A stretch of 64,000 nucleotides of DNA. It comes from Negaprion brevirostris (Eukaryota). The stretch is from NCBI GenBank assembly GCA_030324005.1, contig JARDVH010000132.1:49874458-49938457 (forward strand), written 5' to 3'. The notes below the pieces were generated by a model. The model was not told where the DNA came from and ran no database searches. It saw only the letters and a list, made by a program, of their open reading frames with translations. Of this stretch, positions 21,936-35,574 are shown piece by piece (within the stretch, counting starts at the first letter, position 1; every line of letters starts with the position of its first letter). Both the position numbers and the translations under genes were made by a program.

Positions 21936-23869
21936 CCTGTTGCACCATTCCTCATTCTTTCTCAGATTTGATTCTCTTCAGCTGTGACTTGCAGCAAGTT
22001 TAAGAGATGCAGGTCAGCTTTGTGTGGTGTTATAGTTCCTCACAAGTTTGCTTTTCTGTAGCTGCCCGATCAGTGAGCAGCATGCTTAATGCTTGCTGGA
22101 TATAAAGATCACTCAAGCAGGCAGTATATAGTTGCAGTGTCATTCCCCTACCTGTTTTTAAGTGCTATCTAACTCAACCCCACTGTATTCAACATCTGGG
22201 TGCTTTCCACGTTCATGTATGGCACTTTCAACAGATATGTAACTCCCCTTCAGTTCTGTTAGCTTGCCAAAGCTCTGCCTAGTTTGAACTATAATGAAGG
22301 TCTTAGTAATGTACTGATGATGGGATAGTTTTCTGGCATACAGCCAGCTAATGTCTCTGCTTTCAATTGAGGTTGCAGAGAAATTTGGTTTAAGTTGCCA
22401 ATAGGCAGAGGGAAAGAAACTCCTTTGCATAGCCCTGCTTCTAGTGATGCTGTGCAGATTCCCCAAGGGCAGTCAGCCAATTATTATCAATGAAGCATGT
22501 GATGCAGGGTATCCAGACTGCAGCCAATGGCACGCCTTGCCTCTAGAGAATTGGTGTAAGTCTTTATAGCTCTGATCCCAACACATTTCTCCCCTGATTT
22601 TCCAAGAATAATGTTTAGATGCTCAGAATGGGAGAGACCTAGGTTGTAAATCATAAGTGTGCTTTAATGGCTTGTGTGAGCTCTGATCTATGCCACCTGT
22701 GGAAATAAGCCAGCAGCATTTATATTCTATGGTCAACCATCACCGAGATACATCTGTAATATTGGTGTCTGTGCCAGCTCAGCCTCTTCACAAAATCAAC
22801 CAAAGTAATACTTTTCTGCAGCACAAAAAGACATGTTTAATTTCTTATATTCTCTACTATCATTTCTTATTTACACATATTCTCAGATCTAAAGAGAAAG
22901 AATCCCTGCTCTGAAGTATATAAGGATAAGTGAATATACAGCCCGTCATGGGGACACCATCATTTATAGTAATTGCATGGTAACTCAGTAACCTGTAATT
23001 ATTTAACATTTATATTTCACTTCCATTTTATAAAACAGCTTTAATTCTCTCTGACAAATGTCAAAATTATGCATCCTAAATGCAGCTGGAAAGTCATGAT
23101 GGAAGAGACTGCTGCCAGGATAGAGTGATGTTCTTTATCCTGTTATTCAGTGTCACGTCTTAAGTATAAAAACTTGTTCCGTGGGTGAAGAAGATGCAGA
23201 ATCCATCAAACTGCTCTCTTGAAGGCTCAAAGTAAAAAGGAATGATAGTTCATGCCTTCACCGCTGCATGGTCAGAACCGAACAGCTGTATTGAATTAAT
23301 GTTCTTGTGTTAACTCTCTATAAGGATGACTGCAAGACTGGAATCTTTGTCAGCATATGTGCTATTAAACGCCCATCAAGAAACGCATGGTTGAAAGTAC
23401 TTGTCCTCATTTACACATAGATTTTTCTGCCATTGATGTTGCCTCTTAGCTTTCAAGTTCACGAATGAGTGAACAATAGGCCAAGCCTCAGAGGCCTGGC
23501 TGTGCACTGAAGTGGGGTCAGGAATTGCAGCTGTTGCACAGAGGTGAAAAACTTTTATCTGTGTATTTAAAAAAAATTGTTGCTACTTCGAAAATGGTGT
23601 GTATTGAGGGGAAAAAAAGGCACAGGGATTAGTTTAAACTGTTTCCACAGGGCAGGAAACAGGTGGCAGTGGGATGGCTGCACACTTTTCACCTTGCCCA
23701 CTATTTAACACAAATAAAATTGGACAAAGATTAGCAAAATTGGTGAATGCATTTCTGTTAGTTTCCTGACTAGTGGGGACAGTTGAAATTGACCCCAATC
23801 AGTTTTATCACTATTTTAAAAGATGGGCAAATTGTTGTATAAGTATCTAGTCAAATATTTCTGATCGTA

Positions 23870-26291
23870 AGGCCCTCAGCTTTATTGCAACAGTCTTCAC
23901 ATCCTGGAATCGTGCTCCAAAGTGGTGGATGCATGAATAAGGATATCATCCATTTGGCGGATAACTCCATCCAACCCTTTCAGAATACCAAACATGATAC
24001 ATGAAAAAGTCTTGGGCAATTCCAAATGGCAGGCTCTTAAAACAGTATCGTATTGGCCAAAGGGTGTGGTGGATATCATTAGCAGTCTGAGCTGTTTGTC
24101 TAACAGGAGCACTGACTAAAGAACAGCTTCTTCCCTGTGCCATCAGACTTTTGAATGACCTACCTTGCATTAAGAACATAAGAACATAAGAAATAGGAGC
24201 AGGAGTAGGCCATCTAGCCCTTCGAGCCTGCCCCGCCATTCNNNNNNNNNNNNNNNNNNNNNNNNNNNNNNNNNNNNNNNNNNNNNNNNNNNNNNNNNNN
24301 NNNNNNNNNNNNNNNNNNNNNNNNNNNNNNNNNNNNNNNNNTAAATTGATCTTTCCCTAGCTATGACTGTAACCCCATTTCTGCACCGTCTCCTTCTCTA
24401 TGTGCTCTATGAATGGTATGCTTTATCTGTATAGCACACAAGAAACAATACTTATTACTGTACACTAGTACATGTGACAATAATAAATCCAATCAAATCA
24501 AGTCAAATTACTTTTTGCATCCAGTTTAATGAAGATTGATCTCCTCACAAGCTTCGCCAATCTTTTGCTGACATATGCTATAGGATAGCCCTTCCTTTTT
24601 ACTGTCTTGTTCAACTCTGTGAAGTCCACACACATGTGTAGCGGGCATTATGCCTGAGCATCAAGAAGTGGGTTGTGTTCCTGGAGATATCACCTTCAGT
24701 TGTTGATCTATTGTCTCCAGTATTTTGAAGAATAAACATTTCACTTTAAGCTAAATTTTGGGGATTCCCCAGATCTGTGAATAGCTTTAGATATCCCCCT
24801 CTGGAATTGATTGAGTTTGTCCTGGTTTTCAGCTCTTCCACTGTGTGAATATGTTACAAATCTGAGCAGGCACTCCGGCTCAGTAATGAGCACTCCTGAA
24901 TTTGGAAAACATAACAAAATTCTGTTATTTCTCTTTCCTTATAATTTCCCTTATTTGTCTGCCTTGCACCTTCAGTGGGAAGCCCCCTGGACCATGGTGT
25001 TGAATGGTAGGTGGCTAGAGAAACTCAGGCTTCAGCCTCTGTCCTGTATCAGAAAGAATTGACACCTCTTTCCATGCCTCATTTAAAATTGCCATTGTGG
25101 TCAATGATTCTGATATCTGGACTCCAGAAGTCCCCTTGAGATTTAACTTCAGCCTAGGATGGCACTGTAATTAGTCTCCTTCTAAATCTTGGAGTAGGCA
25201 GCTTTTTGCTGTGGCATACTACTTTACGATGACCCCACCTTCTGCAGGAATGATACTTTGCATTTGTGGCAGGACAGTCTTCATGCAGGTGGGTTTTTTT
25301 TGGCACCTCAACCAGATCACTGGATAACAGCGGTGAATGCCTCCTCTTTGTTCTGCGTCTGCTTTTTAGTGGGTGCACTGGCACCTCCAGTGTTCACAAA
25401 AGCAGACTGAGTGATACGGGTCCATAAAGGTTCTCTTTCAGTCCGAATGGAAACTCAGTTGTATTTCCATAGCTCAGCCTGCCTTACAAATTGCACTGCC
25501 TTGGACAATGTAAGATCTTCCTTGGATAGTACAAAATCAGATAAGGCGTCATCAAGTGCTGCCACCACAATGCATTCTTGGCATCCTTTAGAGTTTCATA
25601 CTTGCAGCTATCAGCCAAATGATACTGGTCATTAATAGAAAAGTCAACACTTACATTGGATTCCTGAGTGCGCCTGTTAAATCCCATCTGCTTTCTAATA
25701 ATGTTCCTCTGAAGACTGAAATATGAATTAAAGGTCTTAATGGCCTTTTCAGAGGTTGTTGTGACCTTATTAACACCCTATCTAATTACAATGTCAGCTG
25801 CAATGCTGCCAATCGAACAGAGGAGTGTGTTGACTTGTTCTTTATCAGGTTTCTGTGCTAATCCTGATTCGGTCCTTTACCTGTTGAATCTGCAGTTTTG
25901 CCAATGTGTCGCTTGGCCTATATATGATCAATGCATTTGGGTAGAGGTAGGCCTTTTCCTATCACTGTCTGTTACTTTTAATTGACTGCCTTGGAACTCT
26001 GTTGGCACTTTTCCTTCTGATTCTTCCCCATAATTGGACGGCTTTCATTTTTCTGCCATCTTCGGTTTTGTTGGACATCCTTGCTATTTGGTAGTTTTAA
26101 AACTGTCACCATGAAGTATCATAATAAATGGGCTCAGTGTTTGGCTAACCTAAACTACTGGAGACAAGACCTTCAAGAACTGTCGATGACTACATACAGG
26201 GCTCCTTCCAGCACCATCTCTCTCTCTCTGAGTTCCAATGACATGGATCTATTAGCTATTAACATAATAGGCATTAACCCTTTATGTTACA
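23870..26291 (-). mobile_element. Gypsy LTR retrotransposon 5' half (putative LTR 26112-26291, PBS, gag, protease, RT), decayed
   Basis: CA|TGGTGACAG LTR/PBS junction at 26113-26103; gag FNRRTQE...LADSCKY; knuckle CPA...CRRWGH..VC; RT RYCFKSLPFGI and LKGLDGVIRQMDDILIH. Confidence 0.88.
24113..24508 (+). mobile_element. Rex1/Babar-like LINE 3' end nested in the Gypsy element and carrying a CR1 insertion (24174 to the gap, minus strand)
   Basis: aagaacagcttcttccctgtgccatcagacttttgaat...catgtgacaataataaatc(caaat)n; inner (aagaacat)n aaataggagcaggagtaggcc. Confidence 0.75.
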
Positions 26292-27257
26292 GAAGACATG
26301 CTAGCATTGTTTCTATTAATTGTTGATTACAGCAGGTGGTAAAAATATTCATCTATTAGATGGCTAAACAAACGTGATCTTTTATTATTACTGTTCAACA
26401 GATTGACGCATTTAAAAATTGGTTTGACCAGTAGGATTATTGAAAAGTTGGTCATGTTACAGGACAATACAGGACTTATTTATATAGGAGAAAATAAACA
26501 TGCAGACATCTATGATGGTTCAAGGTGTAAACAGAATGCCTGGCATGGCACTGAGATAAACACCGGAAATGTTTTTAGTTTAATTCCCCCTGTGATGTCT
26601 ACGCCAATCCTGCAACAATGAAGCACAACCACTCGGTAAATATTTCTGGATAAGGGAAGGAAATGTCATTTAGAATTCTGATCCTAATCATTATCCACTG
26701 GATAATCCAGGGGCACCTGTGGATATTGGTGGCTATGAGCTCAAACTTGGCTATGCCCTAATGATTAATTAGTTTACTGACACTCCATGAACAGCTCTTG
26801 ATATGAAGGATGGTTACTTAGTTAGGCCACTGATGGCTCGTTGATGTCTGTTGAACCATGAGATGCTGGTGGCCATTTTGCATTGCCATTCTAAACAGAC
26901 ATGGAGCCATCAGCTCTTTGGTGCTAGCTTGAACCCTGAGCCATTATGAGATTCTGGCCTTATTAACATGCCACCAGTGAGCTCCAGGCACCGTCTCATC
27001 TTTTTGAGACCCCAGTCCCTGGGATCGTCTCTACCCCCTCCCATTCACTACACCTTTGCTATCAATGGATGGGCTGCGGTGCCCCCTCACCCAGTTTTCA
27101 AATGTCCATGTGTTGCTCAGATAAGGAATGGGTGGGTGATTGAAAACAACAAGCATTGTCTTCAGAAGAAGGAGAATGATAGGGGAGAAAAGTTGAAAAG
27201 GGAACTGTATTAGTTAAGTAATTATTTNNNNNNNNNNATTTTCTGGTTAATAATTAG

Positions 27258-27912
27258 GTACAAGAAGGAACAAGCAAAGGCTTACGGTTTGTTGGACTTC
27301 TGCAGCACCAAAACTCTCCAGCAGATTCAGCAGAAAGGTGTGAAGAGGTCTCAGCCATTAACAGTCCTATGTGTCAAAACAACTCGATGAAAAAGGAAAG
27401 GAATGCTGTTCAAAATGTGCAAAACAATACCGATAGAGATAAACTTGCAGAAAAGCAGGAAACAGAAACTACAGAGCGGAAGGCAAAACAAAAACTAAAT
27501 CAAGGGGAGGCCCCCCAGTCCGAAGAACAAACTGATCAAGATCAAGCAAAAGGTGAAGAGCAAATCAATGGCCAACCCATGGCAGAAAGTCAGGAATGTC
27601 AACATGATGAAAGATGGATACAAAATAAGAACACAGCTAACTGTGAGGCAGAAGGCAAAGTTGCTGATAAACAAGAAGCTTCATCGCAAGCAGAAGCTCT
27701 TGAAGCCAAAGCAGCAGAGAGACTGCAAACTGAGAGGCCAGCTGAGGAGGAGCAATCCCTCAGAGCAACAGACAAGCACAATGAGGTGAAGCTAATAACT
27801 GAAAGTCATGAAACAGCTGAAACAACAGCCACGTTTGAGGCAAATGACACCAAACAGGGAGCACCCTCGAAACAAGGAAATCCTGAAGAGAATGGAAAGA
27901 AGAATGATGTGG
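27258..27912 (+). CDS. RFTN1: Raftlin large exon, 655 nt (VQEGTSKGLRFVGLLQHQ followed by an E/Q/K/A-rich linker)
   Basis: taattAG acceptor; g|GTGAGT donor at 27913; open frame identical to ORF 27369. N-terminus matches human IQEAASQGLKFVGVIPQY. Confidence 0.9.
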
Positions 27913-28694
27913 GTGAGTTGTTTTTACTATGCTATGTTTACAATCTTGCAGGATATTTATTTAGAATATTTATGCCAAAATATTCATTCATCCTAAATCA
28001 TTCAGAGTATTTAATACCATCCAATGATTTTCAAAGTTCATGGCAATTCTTATTTTAAATATTTTTAATGGATGTAAAAGTAATATTGATAAATCATGAG
28101 TTCATTTTTGCATTGTGCAGAAATGTTCCAAGTAAACATATACCCCTTAACTTTATTTAGACACCTTTCCAAGTTGAGAATAAGTTTTTTGGCCAATAGT
28201 GTAGATCAGCCAGGCTCCATAAGGAATTCCCTGACTCCTCAGTATCTTAATTACTCTGATGTTGCTCCCTCAGCCCCACCAAACACACTGGGGCTTAGCT
28301 TCAGGCTACAGCTTGTAAAAATGTGGCCCAAAATGTATCCTTTTCTTTTTAATATGAGTGACTTCTTGTGGAAGGGTAAATGTTGTTGCACAACAATGTT
28401 AATGAGGCCTGAAAAGGAATGGTGGGCTGGCTTCTGTACGTGGTGACTATTTAGGCCCGTAGCAACTTCCACTCCCTTATGTGGATACCCATAATGGAAT
28501 ATTATTATTTTGACTTTTGATTAACAGAACTGTGAGACATTGAACGAGGCCTTTTGTCCACTATACATCTGAAAAGCATTATCTGACAGGGTGACAGAGG
28601 CAGATTAAATTGTCACTTTCAAAAGGGAATTGGATAAGTGCCTACAGGTACTAGTTTTCCTTAAGAGCCTCCTGTGGCAACGGGGCTGGAAGGC

Positions 28695-28935
28695 CGGGAG
28701 ACTTAGATAGGTTGCAAAGCTGGGCCGAGAGGTGGCGGATGGAATTTAATGTGGAGAAGTGTGAGGTAATTCNNNNNNNNNNNNNNNNNNNNNNNNNNNN
28801 NNNNNNNNNNNNNNNNNNNNNNNNNNNNNNNNNNNNNNNNNNNNNNNNNNNNNNNNNNNNNNNNNNNNNNNNCGCAACATCGTGGGCCGAAGGGCCTGTT
28901 CTGCGCTGTAATGTTCTATGTTCTATGTTCTATGT
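28695..28935 (+). mobile_element. CR1/HER1 fragments flanking a gap
   Basis: WAERWRMEFNVEKCEVI; tail gggccgaagggcctgttctgcgctgtaa(tgttcta)n. Confidence 0.88.
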
Positions 28936-29199
28936 ACTCCCCCAAGGACGCATTCAAGGTGAAATTGGGACGGTGATGGAATCCCCACTTGCCATCCTCC
29001 TGCCTGAATAAATGCCCCCCTTCCCCCAAACTCGCCATGGGTGAGGATACAAGTATCCACCCAATGTAGCATTACTGCAATGAGTATTTTATTTCATTTC
29101 TTGGTTATCTGATTATCTATGTATAGCAGGTGAAAAGAGGACAAATATTTATTCAGATTCTAAGTGGTAGTATTTATGATTAAAGCTACAACACAGGAC

Positions 29200-29345
29200 T
29201 GTTTAGAATCTCTATACTGCAGAAGCAGGTCAGTTGGCCCATCACGTCTGCATCAACTCTCCAAAGAGTATCTTACCCAGGTTCACACCCCTGCCATTTC
29301 TGTGTAACCCCACACATTTAGCATGGCTAATCCACCTAATCTACA
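29200..29345 (-). mobile_element. HE1 3' fragment
   Basis: tttagcatggctaatccacctaatctacacat plus CR1-type tail. Confidence 0.75.
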
Positions 29346-29802
29346 CATTTTTTGTACATAGTTTGTGAGGCCATTTGGATTTTTATTATGTGGAACAATG
29401 AAAGGCTTTGCAACATAATACCTCATATAATATCTGCATCAGTCAACCCTGAAATGACTGATGTCTCACTCTGCTGCTGGACTTCCCCGTGCTGACAGAC
29501 TTTGCCCCAAAATCTGGGGACTGGGTCCTTTTTAATATTTCACTTTTGGAGATGCAAAAGAGGACCTACCCCAAAGAGGATCTGGAAATATGAAGAGGTA
29601 CCATGCCTACCAGATAGGTAAAGTCCTTAATGGACCAAAAACATGACTGAAAAGTTTTCCCTAAAGGAAAAGGCATTTCAATCAAATCTGGAATGATTAA
29701 TCTGGCTCAGCGAAATGGCTTGGATCCTGGGAATTATCTGTATGGATCCCATGTTCTAAACAGGCATGTGGCAGCATTAGGAGAAAATTCTCAGGACGGT
29801 TC

Positions 29803-29985
29803 GGAACACAGAAACATCGAAGCAAGAGTGGGCCATTCAGCCCATCGAACCTGCTCTGCCATTCACTAGAATCATGGCTAGTTATTCATTTCAATGTCTT
29901 TTTCCTCACACTATCCTTGAAGTCAGTGGTACTTGGAAATCTATCATCTCTGCTTCAAACAGACTCGACGCCTGACCTTGGAAAC
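29803..29985 (-). mobile_element. CR1 3' end
   Basis: gaagcaagagtgggccattcagcccatcgaacctgctctgccattc. Confidence 0.8.
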
Positions 29986-30799
29986 AGCGTGTGTTTAAGT
30001 CCTAGAGGTTCAAGGGAGCAGATAGGAAGGCTAGCAGCTCATCCCTTTCTCACCCACCCCCAATTATAATTTGTGTAGGATGGAAACCTGGATTCTCTAC
30101 CATGTTGCACCCTCCCCCACCCAGGAATGTCAGCCTCCAAGCAGCTCTGAATTGGAACATAACATAATCGCCCACTGGCTTATTAGCCAGTTCACTGTCC
30201 TTATAATATCACAATTTCCTCACTTTAATGGGCTGTTAGCCTTAGTTCTCTATCTTCAAACATTTTAGCAGGCATGAAGATTTTTTTTAATTGGTCTAAT
30301 ATTCAGCATCGACTGCACATTTTCAAGACTAACATAATTTTACCCTTAATTACAATTTATAAGCACTCACATATATCTCTTTGATATTTAACTGTTTTCT
30401 TAAAAGACTCCCCTTTCTTAGTTATTTAGTTTTTTTTCCAAATTATATTTTGTGAAAGTACACACTCAAATAGGTCTGCTGTTGTCCAAGGTAATCAATT
30501 GGTTTTCTCGCTTTATATTTGGAAATTCAGGCTTTAAATGCCAAAGACTCTAATTTATCCATTTCTTTCTATCAATAAATCACCACTTTTATTGCAACCT
30601 TGGATAATGGCAGCTGCTCCGAATTTTCATTAAGAAAATAATCCAACCGTCAAAAGAAAATTAAGTAATTGAATCAGTGACTTGCAGCTGTGGGAAATGA
30701 CATTAATTAAACTGTCACCATTGTATATGTGATTAAGATTAAAACTATAATAGATTTAGTTTTCATCTACATTGGATACTTATCATCTTGTATATAAGA

Positions 30800-31152
30800 T
30801 GATAAAAGATGGATGACAAAGTAGATGTAGAGAGGATGTTTCCTCTTGTGGGGCAATCTAGAATGGGAGGTCATAATTTTAGGATAAAGGGATGGCAGAT
30901 TTAAAGCAGATATGAAGAGAAATAACTTCACTCAAAGAGTAATCAGTCTGTGGAATTCACTAGCCTAGAGTGCAGTGGATGCTGGGATATTGAGTAAATT
31001 TAAGGGAGAGATAGACAGATTTTTAATTCGTAATGGGTTGAAGGGGCAGAAAAGTGGAGTTGAGGCTGAGGTGAGATTAGTCATGATCATATTGAATGGC
31101 AGAGCAGGCTTGAGGGGCTGAATTGCCTACTCCTGCTTTTAGCTCTTATATG
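30800..31152 (+). mobile_element. CR1 3' end
   Basis: tctgtggaattcac...gaatggcagagcaggcttgaggggctgaattgcctactcctgct. Confidence 0.88.
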
Positions 31153-32137
31153 CACATTCAGGGTTTAATGATAAGGAACAGATATTATTAATTTACAGTC
31201 GCCAATCCAAGCAAATGCATGGTTGGACTAAAGGCATTTTAAATGGATCCTTGAAAATAAAGTTTTTCTACAAATTTAAACTATCAGGAATTTCCCCTCA
31301 ATAACTGCCAGTTTTAATTGCTTACACTAATAATCATTTCCAATCTACAAGTGCTTTTGGAATCTTGGAGCCAAATGTTCTTGGCAATGCCATGAGTCAT
31401 TCATCAAATTATTATTTAGAGTTGAAAATTCCTTAAAATGTAAAATTCCACTCCAGCAGAGATTAACTTTGCAACAAGCCAGATCTGTAAAGATGAGAAG
31501 TGCCTCAGATGAAACAGGAAGGAACTTGAAACACTATCCATCATCAACATTCTACTATCTCTGTAAGATGATTGACATTCTGCAAATCAACTCTGTTGGG
31601 GATGAAGTAGCTACATATTCCATGCTGACAATAAATCCTTCTTGAAGTTGTGCTATTTATCTCAGCTATATGTAGAATGAAGCAAAACAAGAAGTTATAT
31701 TTATATTGTGTTTTTCATGCAATGAAAGACCCCAAAAACTTGCAGCAGTGGGAGATACCAAATAAATGGGGCGGGGGGGTGGTTGAGGAATGAAAGTTAC
31801 AGTCTAAGAGGTAAATGTCGTGGTGCTTTCAAAGCTGGGTGGAGATATAGAGAGATTTCTGATGAAAGTCAAAAGTGCAGGGCAGGTGCTGCCAAATCTG
31901 TCACGATTAAATATTTCATTGCTCACATGTGAAATACAGTGTACAAACCATTCGTCAAGATTAGGTATCAGAGCATGGTTCAGGACATGTCTCGATGCCT
32001 TGAGTCTACTCTAGTTTATTAAGTTAAAAAGCCAGACACAAAACACAAATTGAGTTGGTTTTATTGATGTAGAAACATTCACTTTTCAGATTGACAATGA
32101 GAAATACAGTATTCTATGTCACAGAAGCATCAAGTCT

Positions 32138-32440
32138 CTACAGTACAGAAGGAGGCCATTTGGCCCATCGAGTCTGTACCAACCACAATCCCACCCCGGC
32201 CCTCTTCCTATAACCCCACATGTTTACCTTGCTAATCCCCCTGACACTAAGGGAAATTTTAGCATGGCCAATCAACCTAACCCACACATCTTTGGACTGT
32301 GGGAGGAACCGGAGCACACAAACCCATGCATGCAGACATGGAAGAAAGTACAAAGTCCACACAGACAGTGGCTCAAAGCTGGAATCAAACCTGGGTCCCT
32401 GCCGCTGTAAAGCAGTGCTAATCACTGTGCCACCATGTCA
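32138..32440 (-). mobile_element. HE1 V-SINE, CR1-type tail
   Basis: As 2453-2782. Confidence 0.93.
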
Positions 32441-32509
32441 CCCCACTCGTGTTTAACTGCTACAAAAGTGTAAACCAATTTATAAAAAATCATTTACAAT
32501 TATAATATG

Positions 32510-32815
32510 ATAGAATGTAAGAAGCAGAAATGGGCCATCCAGCTCCTCAAGATTGCTCAGACATTGCATAAGATCATAATTGGTTTCATCAACTTTATGT
32601 TCCTATACCTTAATTCCCTTGGTTTGTAAGAATAAATCTCTCGCTTAAAAATACTCAACAGCTGAGCATCCATAGCTCTCTGCAGGAAAAAAATTCAAAG
32701 ATTCACTACCTTCTAAGTAAAGAAATTTGTCTTCACCTCAGTCTTACATGGCTGACACTCCTCCCATCTCCCCACCCCTGCTCCTTTATCCTTAGACTGT
32801 GTCTCCTAGTTCCAG
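32510..32815 (-). mobile_element. Old CR1 3' end
   Basis: ggccatccagctcctcaag...ttcaaagattcactaccttct. Confidence 0.7.
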
Positions 32816-34464
32816 AATGTATTATTAACAATAGTGCTCAGAGGAATCCTCCTAGCATATTTTAACACCACAAATATCCAAGTAGAAATATTGTGTAATA
32901 GGTATAGTACGTTAGAGTAGAGACAGTGTGCTGTGTTCCTGACTGCCAATGTAAGATGATTGATTTTTCAGTGGATGAGTAATGAGTTTTAAAGGGGACA
33001 ATAATAAAGCGGATCCTTGTGTGAAACAAGACAGCTGTTACAGTTGTGAAATCTCCATAAACCACAACAATCTCTAAACTAGCAAATTGTATTTATCATG
33101 CTTTGTGCATGCAATGATCATGTGGCTTTGATTTATCAGGCATGATTTTATTTATTTTAATGCAGATGTTTGCATAGACAAGCCATATGTTAGCCATTTC
33201 CAGCACATTAACGACAAGAAAATCAGTTGGAAAGACTATTCAGATGTAAGATAGTGCATTTGTAGACCAATAAATTGAGGGATTGACATACGCTTCCAAA
33301 TTCTCATGTTGAAATTTCTTAATTATCTACTGGTGCCAATAATGTGTCTAATGTAAAATGTATAGAAAGATTTGTGCATCCCTACAGCATGCTTAAAAGT
33401 GTACATTATTCTATGAAATGATGTTATATGGTTGGAAGAAAACAAACTGTAATTTCAAATCAAGATCAGCCTTCTTCAGTTTCCTGCGTATGTTTGATAT
33501 TTTTAACTCTGTATCCTTAATGATTTGCCTGGAAATTATGAACAGAGTGAAATTGGTATATTTAATTGAATATTTTTCTACCACCTATTGGGTATATCTT
33601 AGGTACTCATCAGCATGTCTCAGTTTTTAGCAATGCAGCCTTTGAGGCTGAAGTTTGAGGGTTCAGAACACTTCCCAGGACTTGAACACATCAGCCTGGG
33701 CCAATTGTCCACTATACAGATGAGAAATAAAGCCAAGGAGCAGATTTTTGTGCCATTGGGAAGTCTTCACAAACTTTAAAAGAAAATGATAGGTGGGATC
33801 CAAGTACTGCCTTTATTTTCACCAGATCTAATTTTTGTCATCAGAAGGAAAGAGGATTTGTTGTTAGTTAAACATATCTGAATTCAGTAGGGTCATTTGA
33901 ATTTAGTACTGAGTTCAAACAGACCCAGTTTGGTTGTGAGCAATGTCAAGGGTTCAGGAAGGGAGTGAGCAGTGTCGGGGGAGGAAGGGGGTGAGCTGTT
34001 TTGGAGGGGGTGAATGAGTTGATTGGCTGTTTTGGGGGGGAAGCTGGTATTAAAACCAGGTGACAGGTACATTTTCAAACAGTGAAATTCACTGAACTGA
34101 AGGCAGACCTCAAGAGACATATCTTTAATTTGGGACATGAAAAGGATCTGGTATCCCTGGATTATATTTCACCTGGGGGCCCTCTGACTTACCTTGCCAA
34201 TGGGTTTGTGCTGCATTTGGAATAGGTTCCAGGTAAAAAAGTAACACCTCAGTTTTAAACAGATTTAGGCCGTGCACTCCCTCTTTGTCACTACTGTAAA
34301 ATCCAGGCCAATGTGTAGAATAGAAAGTGGCTGTTTATTTGCCTACATGCTATTTATTGTATATAAAGTTTAATTACAATGCACAAGCGTGTGACTGGGC
34401 TAATGACACAGTGGCTTGATCCATTCATCCAGAGGATGTAAATTCTTATCCCACTGAGAATTTT

Positions 34465-35497
34465 GACACATAGGAAGATGGTTGTGGTTATGGAGGGTCA
34501 GGCATCTCAGCTCCAGGACATCTCTGCAGGAGTCCCTCAGGGCAGTGCCCTAGGCCCAACAATCTTCAGCTGCTTCATCAATTACCTTCCCTCCGTCATA
34601 AGGTCAGAAATGGGGATGTTTGCTGATGATTGCACAACGTTCAGCACCATTCACAATTCCTCAGATGCTGAAGCAATCCGTGTTCAAGCGCAACAAGATC
34701 TGGACAATATCAAAGCTTGGACTGACTAGTGGCAAATAACATACGCGCCACACAAGTGCCAGCCAATCACCATCACCAATAAGAGACACTCTAACCTTTG
34801 ACATTCAGTGGTGTAATCATCATTGAATCCCCACTGTCAACATCCTTGGGGTTACCATTGACCAGAAACTCATCACATAAACACAGTGGCTACAAAAGCA
34901 GGTCAGAGACTAGGAATACTGCAGCGAGTAACTCACTTCTTGACTCCCCAAAGCCTGTTCACCATCTGCAAGGCACAAGTCAGGATGTGATGGAATACTC
35001 CCCACTTGCCTGGATGGGGGCAGCTCCTACAACACTCAAGAAGCTTGAAACCATCCAGGACAAAGCATCCCACTTAATTGGCACCACATCTACAAACACT
35101 CAATCCCTCCACCACCAACACTCAGTTGCAGCAGTGTGTACTATCGACAAGATGTACTGCAGAAATTCACCAAAGATCCTTAAACAGCGCTTTCCCAACC
35201 CCCGACCACTTCCACCTAGAAGGACAAGGGCAGCAGATAAATGGGAACACCACCACCTGCAAGTTTCCCTCCAAGCTACTCTTCATCCTGACTTGGAAAT
35301 ATATCGCCGTTCCTTCCAAATTGCTGGATCAAAATCCTGGAATTCCCTCCCTAATGGTATTGTGGTTCAACCCACAGAAGTTGGACTGCAGCGATTCAAG
35401 AAGCTAGCTCACCAGCACCTTCTCAAGGGCAACCAGAAATGGCAATAAATGCTGGCCAGCTAGCGACGCCCATGTCCCACAAATGAATAAAAAAAAC
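34465..35497 (+). mobile_element. Family B LINE (CR1-group, distinct from HER1): RT C-terminal half plus 3' UTR
   Basis: AGVPQGSALGPTIFSCFIN, MFADD, QQDLDNI.AW, MEYSPLAWMGAAPTTLKKL; ends in an A-rich tail. Confidence 0.93.
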
Positions 35498-35574
35498 TCA
35501 GTNNNNNNNNNNAAACACTGGGCAGAATTTTTGATTCCCATTGGTGGATTGGTATTGGAGATCACCACATTTAA

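Noticed and set aside
27913-28058. Hydrophobic C-terminal extension of ORF 27369-28058 resembling a membrane anchor
   Set aside because: It lies past a strong GTGAGT donor whose phase matches the next exon, so it is read-through into a T-rich intron.
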